From the NCBI GenBank assembly GCA_022763365.1, contig JALEGN010000013.1, positions 1 to 42,117 of the forward strand: a stretch of DNA of 42,117 nucleotides. Direction: 5' to 3'. The DNA comes from Minisyncoccota bacterium. GTDB taxonomy: Bacteria; Patescibacteriota; Minisyncoccia; Phycocordibacterales; UBA1006. Made by a program: the position numbers and the translations under genes. Positions 27,809 through 35,555 of the stretch are shown piece after piece; the first letter of the stretch is position 1, and every line of letters starts with the position of its first letter. Under the pieces are notes generated by a model. It was not told the origin of the DNA, made no database searches, and worked only from the letters and a program-made list of their open reading frames with translations.

Positions 27809-29287
27809 TTAAAGAAAATACATCACACATAATAATCCAACACCACCTAATACAATCGTATATGGTAAGGCCATTTTAACCATTTTACCGTATGACAATC
27901 CAATTAAGGGAGCCAAAGATGAGGTTAAAAGAAAAAGGAATGCAGCCTGACCATTCGGTGTTGCAACACTAGGTAAATTTGTACCAGTATTAATGGCAAT
28001 AGCTAAATTTTCATATTGCTCTGGTGTAATTGAACCAGCTTCAAATGCTTTTTTTACTTCACCAATATACACTGTTGCAACAAACACATTATCAGAAATC
28101 ATAGAAAGAATTCCATTAGCAGCATAAAATATAGCTGGTTGAGAATTAGGATCCTGAGTTAGGGCCCAATCTATAATTGGTGAAAATAAATGTTGATCAT
28201 GAATCATGGCCACCACAACAAAGAAAACAACGAGAAGACCAGTGAAAGGTAGTGCTTCTTCAAAAGCTTTACCTAAATCATGTTCTTCAGTAATTCCCAT
28301 AAATGCTGTTTGGAAAATAATAATTCCTAAACCAATTAATCCAACAGGTGCTAAGTGTAAAGCAAGACCTATAATTAATAGAATTCCTGCAAAAGCTTGA
28401 ATTTTTAAATCAGTTTTTTGCTTTTGCGTTCTATTTTCATCTTCTCGTTTTGCATGCTCTTCAAGAATAACTCTTACCTCATCTGGTAAAGTTGATCCGT
28501 ACCCAAAAATACCAGTTATTTCAAGAATAAGCGTGGTTAATAAACCACATACAAGAACAGGAAGTGTAATAGGTGCCATTTTTGTGAAAAATTCAACAAA
28601 TTCCCACCCCATGGTATTTCCAATAAGGAGGTTTTGTGGTTCTCCAACAATAGTACATACTCCACCAAGAGCCGTACCTACAACACCATGCATAACAAGA
28701 CTTACAAGAAATTTCTTAAAATCTTCTAGAGCATTTGATGCTTGTACATTATCAGAAACATTATCTTCATTAAGATCTAAATCTGGGTTTGATGCAACCT
28801 TATGATACACACCATAAAAACCAACAGAGACCGCAATCAGAACTGCAGTAACAGTAAGAGCATCAAGAAAGGCTGAGAGTACTGCCGCAAGAATAACAAA
28901 CAAAAAAGAGAGTGTAATTTTTGATCGAATATTTATAAATGCCTTACCAAATAAATACATTAATAAGGGTTTCATAAAAAATATTCCAGCGACCATAAAA
29001 ACAAGAAGTAAAATCACCTCAAGATTATGTCCAATCTCTGCATATGCAGCCTCTGGGCTGGTAAGACCTAAAAACAATATCTCAATAGCCAGAATACCAC
29101 CACTTTGAAGTGGATAACATTTTAAAGCCATTGCGAGTGTAAAAATGAATTCGGCTATAAATAACCAAGCCGTGATGGTTGGACCAAGAGTATACAAAGA
29201 AACAATGTTAAATATTAAAAATAATATAATAACTTGCTTGTACCATATTGGACTGTTCCCGAGAAAATTTGAAAAAAAGTTTTTCAT
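27809..29287 (-). CDS. nhaB: Na+/H+ antiporter NhaB
   Basis: [79 protein letters not shown]. Confidence 0.95.
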   Translation of the reverse strand: MKNFFSNFLGNSPIWYKQVIILFLIFNIVSLYTLGPTITAWLFIAEFIFTLAMALKCYPLQSGGILAIEILFLGLTSPEAAYAEIGHNLEVILLLVFMVAGIFFMKPLLMYLFGKAFINIRSKITLSFLFVILAAVLSAFLDALTVTAVLIAVSVGFYGVYHKVASNPDLDLNEDNVSDNVQASNALEDFKKFLVSLVMHGVVGTALGGVCTIVGEPQNLLIGNTMGWEFVEFFTKMAPITLPVLVCGLLTTLILEITGIFGYGSTLPDEVRVILEEHAKREDENRTQKQKTDLKIQAFAGILLIIGLALHLAPVGLIGLGIIIFQTAFMGITEEHDLGKAFEEALPFTGLLVVFFVVVAMIHDQHLFSPIIDWALTQDPNSQPAIFYAANGILSMISDNVFVATVYIGEVKKAFEAGSITPEQYENLAIAINTGTNLPSVATPNGQAAFLFLLTSSLAPLIGLSYGKMVKMALPYTIVLGGVGLLCVMYFL

Positions 29288-29374
29288 TGATAATTAAGTT
29301 TTAAATTTTCTATATTTAAACAAAAAAAATAGATTTAGTCAAAAATCTATTTTCCTCTGCAATACTATTCAACC

Positions 29375-30466
29375 TTAGGCAAGGATTCCTCCGCCCAGAC
29401 ATTCACTACCTTTATAAAACACCACTGATTGACCTGGTGCAATAGTTGCATCAATATCATCAAATTGTATTTTGGCAGTTTTAGTATCATGATCAATTTC
29501 TAAAAATGTAATATTTTTGACGGAACCACGATAACGTATTTGCGCTTCAATTATATCTCCTTTTTGCAAGATATTTTTATTATCAACAACATCAACTAAT
29601 GAAAAAGTATCCGTTAGTCTAGTGTCCTTTTCTGGATTTTGAGAGACTGTAATAGTATTTTTTTCAATATCTTTTGCCACTACATAATACGGTGAATCAT
29701 TCACTCCTTTGTGCGATGCATGTATCGTAAATCCATGACGTTCTGAAATAGTATAAAATAATGATCCTTTGTGACTTCCTATCACATCTCCACTCTTATT
29801 AATAACATCACCAGGTGTCTCATCAATATAATGATTTAAAAAGTCTTTCATATCAATATCTCCAATAAAACAAATACCTTGAGAATCTTTTTTAACAGCC
29901 GTTGGTAAATTATATTTTTTTGCGAGTTTTCGTACCTCTTTTTTCGGCATACTCCCTACGGGAAATAATATATGTTTCAATTGTGATTGCTCAAGCGTCC
30001 AGAGAAAATACGTTTGGTCTTTTTGTGGATCATTACCACGTAACATGGTAACTACACCACTATCATCAACTGCTCGGTCAACATAATGACCCGTTGCTAC
30101 ATAATCAGCTCCTTTTTCAAGCGCCCACTTCAAAAATCCACCAAATTTCACTTCACGATTACACATGACATCAGGATTTGGTGTTCTTCCGGCTCGGTAT
30201 TCACGAATCATGTAGTCAGCAACACCTTCTTTGTATTCTTTTTCAAGATCAAGCTCAACAAAAGGAATATTCAAATGTGCACAGACGCGCATCGCATCTC
30301 GACGTTCATCCTGCCAAGTACACTCTATCCAATCAGGTTGCCAGGTGCGCATAAAAACCCCAACGACATGATAGCCTTGATCTTGTAACAGAGCTGCTGA
30401 GACTGATGAATCTACTCCACCTGAAACACCAACAAATACGGTTTTATTGTGACCTTTATTCGTCAT
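29375..30466 (-). CDS. mnmA: tRNA 2-thiouridine(34) synthase
   Basis: SGGVDSS, TPNPDVMCN, ATGHY, KDQTYFL, DSQGICF, PGQSVVFY. Confidence 0.97.
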   Translation of the reverse strand: MTNKGHNKTVFVGVSGGVDSSVSAALLQDQGYHVVGVFMRTWQPDWIECTWQDERRDAMRVCAHLNIPFVELDLEKEYKEGVADYMIREYRAGRTPNPDVMCNREVKFGGFLKWALEKGADYVATGHYVDRAVDDSGVVTMLRGNDPQKDQTYFLWTLEQSQLKHILFPVGSMPKKEVRKLAKKYNLPTAVKKDSQGICFIGDIDMKDFLNHYIDETPGDVINKSGDVIGSHKGSLFYTISERHGFTIHASHKGVNDSPYYVVAKDIEKNTITVSQNPEKDTRLTDTFSLVDVVDNKNILQKGDIIEAQIRYRGSVKNITFLEIDHDTKTAKIQFDDIDATIAPGQSVVFYKGSECLGGGILA

Positions 30467-30525
30467 AACTAATATTCATTAGTGTATAAACTAAGAATGA
30501 ATGGTCAAGAAAAAACCAAGGGTAC

Positions 30526-30951
30526 TTACCCTTGGTTTTTTAATTGATCAAAAGCTCTTTGTAAAATTTTTTTTCTATTATCAAGTAATTTATCTTGAGC
30601 ATCATCCAAAGAAAACCATCCATGACGTTTTAATTCAGTCGTTTGGCGTTTTACTTTTTTAGAATCAGTTATACCTACAAAATAAATAACTTTTTTAATA
30701 ATATCCGTTCCTCTTCGTTTTGGGATTCGATATCGTTCGGTGAATTTTCTCTGGTCAAAAACCTTTTTACATACCACTTGGGTTTCTTCTAATAATTCAC
30801 GTTCAGCTGTTTCCCTATCACTTTCACCTTTTTCTTTGTGCCCCTTTGGAAAACCCCAATAGTCTCCGTGACCTTGAACGAGTAAGAACTGGATATCTCC
30901 ACGTTGATCAATATAGGCAGGAATTATCCCGCACGATACTCGATATCTCAT
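30526..30951 (-). CDS. NUDIX hydrolase (Ap4A hydrolase-like)
   Basis: WGFPKGHKEKGESDRETAERELLEET Nudix box. Confidence 0.9.
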   Translation of the reverse strand: MRYRVSCGIIPAYIDQRGDIQFLLVQGHGDYWGFPKGHKEKGESDRETAERELLEETQVVCKKVFDQRKFTERYRIPKRRGTDIIKKVIYFVGITDSKKVKRQTTELKRHGWFSLDDAQDKLLDNRKKILQRAFDQLKNQG

Positions 30952-30974
30952 AATTATAGTATATCAAAGAATAC

Positions 30975-30998
30975 AAAAAAACACCGCCAGGTGTTTTT
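30975..30998 (-). terminator. Intrinsic terminator
   Basis: AAAAAAACACC-GCCA-GGTGTTTTT. Confidence 0.8.
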
Positions 30999-31538
30999 CT
31001 AAAGAGCAATTAATTTCCGATACAGTTCTGCGGTTGCTCGTGTGTCAGCAAGAGCTGTATGCGCCTTATCATTGGTAATACCAAAATGATCACACAAAAA
31101 CCCAAGGTTATATTTAGTAATAGCTGGATCATTGTGTAACTTTGCTAGTGCAAATGAAATCGTATCGATTTTTGCATAAAACATCTTATTTTCAACACCA
31201 GTTGTTGCGAAGGCTTTAGCAATAAATGACCAATCAAAGGCTGCATTATGAGCCACAAAAATACAATCTTTAGTTTTATCAGCAAAGACTTGCATGGCTT
31301 GTTCGAGGCTCATAGCAAAAAGCCACTCGGCTTCGTTATATCCATTAATTGAAAGGGCTTCAGGATCAGCATGTTCAAGTTTTTCAGGTTTGATTTTTAA
31401 TTCAAACTCCTCAACAACTTCTCCTGGGATACCTTCATTTTGTTTTACAATAACACATCCAATTTCGATAATTTCTTGTGTTTCAGGATTAAAACCTGTT
31501 GTTTCAATATCAATAAATGCGAGATTTTTATTCTTCAT
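30999..31538 (-). CDS. DEDDh 3'-5' exonuclease (DnaQ-like)
   Basis: IDIETTG, AHNAAFD, HTALAD. Start at MKNK (31538). Confidence 0.92.
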   Translation of the reverse strand: MKNKNLAFIDIETTGFNPETQEIIEIGCVIVKQNEGIPGEVVEEFELKIKPEKLEHADPEALSINGYNEAEWLFAMSLEQAMQVFADKTKDCIFVAHNAAFDWSFIAKAFATTGVENKMFYAKIDTISFALAKLHNDPAITKYNLGFLCDHFGITNDKAHTALADTRATAELYRKLIAL

Positions 31539-31563
31539 AGTGCCTATTGTACACATTCATACT

Positions 31564-32538
31564 CTAGCGTAAATAGCGATTAATATTATTTACATGTTCA
31601 CGATAGGTCCTCCCGTAACGAATAGCGCCATCTTTCCCATGCAGATAATAATAATACTGACTCTCCTCTGGTTCTATTGCTGCAATAATCGAATCCATCC
31701 CTGGATTTCCAATTGGTGTTGGTGTTAAACCAAGACGTGTGTAGGTATTGTAGGGTCCGTCATTTCTCAGGTCAGCTGCCCTCACCTCTCCATTGATATA
31801 GAGAAATGGTGCATCAACCTGCAGTAGCATCCCTTCATCTAGTCGTTTCCATAAAATACCTGAAACGGTTTTCTTCTCACTCAAATCACCCGTTGCCTCT
31901 TTTTCAATAATTGAGGCCATGATAATAATATCTTCAAGACTTCGTCCTGAATTCTCAATACCAGATGCTAAGGGTTCTATACGTTGATTAAATAACGACT
32001 GCATTGAAAGAACAATATCTTCGGTATCAGCCTCTGGTAAGAAACTATAAGTATCTGGAAAAAGATAACCTTCTTGCCCTTCTGTTAGGCGATCAAATTC
32101 ATCGTTATTAATAGTAAAGGTTGAACGGTTAAGAATTTCTTTAATTTGACTAACAGTACTTCCTTCAGGAATCGTCACTCTTTCATATACATCACCGTAA
32201 TCAGCTGTTTGTAGACGGTTTAATACCTCATTCAATTGCTGCGTACCCGAAAAAGCATAGGTTCCAGCCTTAACTGAAGAATCATTTACTCGCGCCAGAA
32301 TCCTAAAAGCTAGTTCTGAATAAATAATACCCTCCTCTTCCAACAAGGCCCCTGTTCTAATAACTGAATATCCCTCAGGAACGGTGACAAGTTTTTCTCC
32401 ATCGATAATTTGCGGCGCAAACAAGCGGAATGCATATACCAGAACCAATACAACAACAACGACAAAAAGGATTCCAATAATTCGGAATCCTTGTGCTGTC
32501 CTGTTTTTTGATTGAGATTGAAAATAAGTATTGTACAT
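31564..32538 (-). CDS. mltG: Endolytic transglycosylase MltG
   Basis: N-terminal TM, TIPEG, EGYLFPDTY, MASIIEKE, LQVDA, YNTY...GLTPTPIGNPG. Confidence 0.95.
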   Translation of the reverse strand: MYNTYFQSQSKNRTAQGFRIIGILFVVVVVLVLVYAFRLFAPQIIDGEKLVTVPEGYSVIRTGALLEEEGIIYSELAFRILARVNDSSVKAGTYAFSGTQQLNEVLNRLQTADYGDVYERVTIPEGSTVSQIKEILNRSTFTINNDEFDRLTEGQEGYLFPDTYSFLPEADTEDIVLSMQSLFNQRIEPLASGIENSGRSLEDIIIMASIIEKEATGDLSEKKTVSGILWKRLDEGMLLQVDAPFLYINGEVRAADLRNDGPYNTYTRLGLTPTPIGNPGMDSIIAAIEPEESQYYYYLHGKDGAIRYGRTYREHVNNINRYLR

Positions 32539-32541
32539 ATT

Positions 32542-33732
32542 CTAAAGCGGTAGATTTGTTGGTGGTTCTGCCTTGGTTGCTTCGATTCTCTCGAGACTGG
32601 TCGTTTCTGAAACACGTCCTGGGAATCTGAACATAGTTGCTAATTCTTCGGCGGTGAGTACAAAAGGTTTCTTTTCCTTTTCTGCTCGATCAAGTTCAGC
32701 ACCTTGGAAAAAGGCTCGATTGATATAATTATTAAAGAATTTATTCTTAATATTTTTTAATCGATTCCCTGAAATATCTTGATATTTATAGTCAAAATCC
32801 GTTTTCACACCTGGCTTGAAACCATTGAGGTTCGCTGAACCGTATTGACGTACTGAACCAATCAAACCTGCAATATTAGCTGGCCTAAAGGCATCTGGCC
32901 GCGCGATATACAGTGCTCTAAATCCAACTTCGAAGGCTTGTTTTTGCAAACTGCGTTCAATTGATTTCATGGCTTCTTGTTCACCATGAGTCAATTTAAA
33001 GGTCGTTGCTGGATTATCAGGATCGCGTGGTTTGTCACGCCCCATGATTCTATTAACTTCTCCCATAGCATCTTTGCGCCACGATGACCATTTGTCACTC
33101 CGTATAATCATTTGCATCCACACCTGTTCGTCTTTGCGCATAGAACCAAGGTATTCCAATGTTGCCGTAATAGGGTCAATTTTTTGTTCTTCTTCAAGAT
33201 TCCCAACAGCTTTATCAAGCCCATAATCAACATAGCTTTTAATTGGGTAGGCATCATGTGCAGTTAATTCAAACTCAACTCCAAATAATTCCCATAAATC
33301 TTGTTTTTGTGTGTAATCGCCAATATAACGGGTATAATCATCTACCTCATTTACCTCGGCCTTTGGATACTGAGAATAAATTTGATTCTTGATGAGTTCC
33401 TTAAATTTTTTCTGGGTTCGGATAAAGAAATAAATTGATCCTTCAATTGATACAATTTCAAGAGAAAAAGTATGTGGAATAGCTCCAACAAAATATTTTT
33501 TCCAACTGTTCCCTACACCCGAACCATCATTTAAGGTATTAAATACCATTTCCATAGCTTCTGGTGATTTGTGAATATCTTTTGGAATACTGATTTCAAG
33601 GAGTGTCCATTTTTGATTAGCACGGTAGAGACCTTGCCGCCACTCCATCCAGAAATGCCAAAAAATAGCTCCAAGTATTATTGGGAACCATAAAAAGGCG
33701 GTATTAAAGAGAAAGGAGATAATTCCATCCAT
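32542..33732 (-). CDS. Conserved CPR-type membrane protein of the family associated with VirD4-like ATPases
   Basis: N-terminal TM; LLEISIPK...PEAME, FSLEIVS...IYFFIR...IYSQYP.AEV.EVDDY, LTAEELATMFRFP, AEPPTNLP. Start at MDGI (33732), 6 nt after TGgTATGCT. Confidence 0.7.
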   Translation of the reverse strand: MDGIISFLFNTAFLWFPIILGAIFWHFWMEWRQGLYRANQKWTLLEISIPKDIHKSPEAMEMVFNTLNDGSGVGNSWKKYFVGAIPHTFSLEIVSIEGSIYFFIRTQKKFKELIKNQIYSQYPKAEVNEVDDYTRYIGDYTQKQDLWELFGVEFELTAHDAYPIKSYVDYGLDKAVGNLEEEQKIDPITATLEYLGSMRKDEQVWMQMIIRSDKWSSWRKDAMGEVNRIMGRDKPRDPDNPATTFKLTHGEQEAMKSIERSLQKQAFEVGFRALYIARPDAFRPANIAGLIGSVRQYGSANLNGFKPGVKTDFDYKYQDISGNRLKNIKNKFFNNYINRAFFQGAELDRAEKEKKPFVLTAEELATMFRFPGRVSETTSLERIEATKAEPPTNLPL

Positions 33733-33759
33733 ATCTCTAGCATACCACCGTAGCGGCAA

Positions 33760-33789
33760 TAAAAAAACAACCTCAAGAGGTTATTTTTT
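33760..33789 (-). terminator. Intrinsic terminator overlapping a stop codon
   Basis: AAAAAAACAACCTC-AA-GAGGTTATTTTTT. Confidence 0.7.
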
Positions 33790-34863
33790 CTTAGACTTTG
33801 CTTTTAACTTAGCTTTAGCTCCTTCTGCAAGAACGTATTTACCTTCGTCATTTTTCTTAAAGTAATCTTTATTTGAAAGATTTACTAAAATAGTATTTTC
33901 TTTCAAATATCGTTCCTTAAGAACAGCTTCAATAATTTCTTCTTTCGTTAATGGTCCACGTTCGTGAATAAGATCTCGAATAACATCTTTTACAACACCT
34001 GATCGATATCCCCATTCTTTCAATCCATACATACCACGACCAACCAGTACAAATCGATCGTCTTTGATCAATTCATTATGCGTTGTTGCTGGATGTGCTT
34101 TTTTATCAAAGGTACTCGTGATTGATTCAGCAACTTCTCGGAAATGCATTGGTGAACCATTTTTTTTCATAATCAAATATGCATAGTCTCGAATTCCTCG
34201 AACTGATACATTTTGTGATTCTGAAAGCCCCCAATCCCCAAGCGGGTTTTTATCAATCAGTTTTGATAAGAGAAGGAATTGTCGTGCCACATCATCATCG
34301 ACATAGCCATCCTCAACACCATCAAGACGATCAAGGAATTTCAACACCATTTGTTCTTCTGAAAGAAGTTCTTCTTCAGTTACATGCCCATGGAGTTTTT
34401 CAAGAGCGGTGTGTACCTTTTCTGACAACTCTCCATTCACTGCCCAACGAGAACGGAATTTTTTGTCCTCTTTGTGTTTTCGAAAATTATCTCCAACCAC
34501 AAGATGGAAATGAATATGATTTTGAATAAGCTCATCATCATGAACACTGTCTAAGAAATGATCTTCAGAAACAACACCTCCAAGATCATGAATCAAATCT
34601 TCGATTTCTGCAAAAATTTCTTTTGCTTCATCGTAGCTGTCTGATTTTCGAATTGCTTTTAATGCTGCATCTTGAATTTGTCGAACTCGTTCTCGAGTAA
34701 TATCATACTCTTGTCCGATTGATTCAAGTGTCTTTTTCTTTGGTTCTGAGAGTCCAAATCGACTTTCAAGAACATATCGATCACGGTCTTTAAGACCTTT
34801 CAATAATTTTTTTGATGAATTTTGAGGTTTAAAATTCAGTTTAATTTTTCGTGCCTTTTTCAT
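33781..34863 (-). CDS. Sigma70 region-4 plus HARE-HTH (RNAP delta-like) protein
   Basis: N-terminal RDRYVLESRFGL...TLESIGQEYDITRERVRQI; C-terminal PMHFREVA...HNELIKDDRFVLVGRGMYGLKEW; no sigma region 2 seen. Confidence 0.8.
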   Translation of the reverse strand: MKKARKIKLNFKPQNSSKKLLKGLKDRDRYVLESRFGLSEPKKKTLESIGQEYDITRERVRQIQDAALKAIRKSDSYDEAKEIFAEIEDLIHDLGGVVSEDHFLDSVHDDELIQNHIHFHLVVGDNFRKHKEDKKFRSRWAVNGELSEKVHTALEKLHGHVTEEELLSEEQMVLKFLDRLDGVEDGYVDDDVARQFLLLSKLIDKNPLGDWGLSESQNVSVRGIRDYAYLIMKKNGSPMHFREVAESITSTFDKKAHPATTHNELIKDDRFVLVGRGMYGLKEWGYRSGVVKDVIRDLIHERGPLTKEEIIEAVLKERYLKENTILVNLSNKDYFKKNDEGKYVLAEGAKAKLKAKSKKK

Positions 34864-34986
34864 AATATTAGTAATTTATATGTAATACGAACTCACAATA
34901 GCATGGAGTTGATTTTTTGGCAAGAGTGTTATATGAACTCTTTACAAATCAAATATTTAAAATTATAGTTTAAAAAAATAAGAAAA

Positions 34987-35142
34987 ATGAAGAAAAATCA
35001 AAAACAAGAATTTCAAGACTCTTATTTACCTTTTGATGCATTTGATTTCCTTGGTCAGGGTACTAAAACTGGTAAAAATGCCCTCCTCAAAGAGCGAAAA
35101 AATGGAAAACGCAAGGGTAAACGATCGAGTGATTTTTTATAA
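34987..35142 (+). CDS. Small basic hypothetical protein (51 aa; not in ORF track)
   Basis: MKKNQKQEFQDSYLPFDAFDFLGQGTKTGKNALLKERKNGKRKGKRSSDFL; stops 18 nt before the next ORF. Confidence 0.5.
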   Translation: MKKNQKQEFQDSYLPFDAFDFLGQGTKTGKNALLKERKNGKRKGKRSSDFL

Positions 35143-35160
35143 CAACTTAATAGTAAACAT

Positions 35161-35511
35161 ATGAAAAAAATATTGATTAATGGCCGTGTAAAAATCCAAG
35201 AACACTTAGATGGGAGCTATTCTCTCTTAGTAGATGGTAAAGAAGTATCCTTCAATATTCCACAAGGTTGTGATTTAGGAAAGTCTTCTGAAAAAATTAC
35301 TCGTTTTGATAACTACCGAAACGAAGAAGATAATACATTTTATCTCGAGCTCTTTCTTAAGGAAAAAGGATATTTCAGTGTCTACAAAATAGGATCTCAT
35401 ATTGGAAAATATGAACCACAACCTGATATTAAACATCCTCACCACTTTAAAGGAGCTGGTAACACGGAAAATTCAGATAACAGGAAATTTCACCAAAGTC
35501 ACTATCGGTAG
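35161..35511 (+). CDS. Hypothetical protein (orphan)
   Basis: 116-aa ORF followed by a terminator. Confidence 0.6.
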   Translation: MKKILINGRVKIQEHLDGSYSLLVDGKEVSFNIPQGCDLGKSSEKITRFDNYRNEEDNTFYLELFLKEKGYFSVYKIGSHIGKYEPQPDIKHPHHFKGAGNTENSDNRKFHQSHYR

Positions 35512-35526
35512 TCGGTAGACTGTGAC

Positions 35527-35553
35527 AAAAACCACGCATCGCGTGGCTTTTTT
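35527..35553. terminator. Bidirectional intrinsic terminator
   Basis: AAAAACCACGC-ATC-GCGTGGCTTTTTT. Confidence 0.8.
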
Positions 35554-35555
35554 AT

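Noticed and set aside
33781-34863. Primary sigma factor rpoD
   Set aside because: Only region 4 is present and it is N-terminal; regions 1.2, 2 and 3 are not recognisable.
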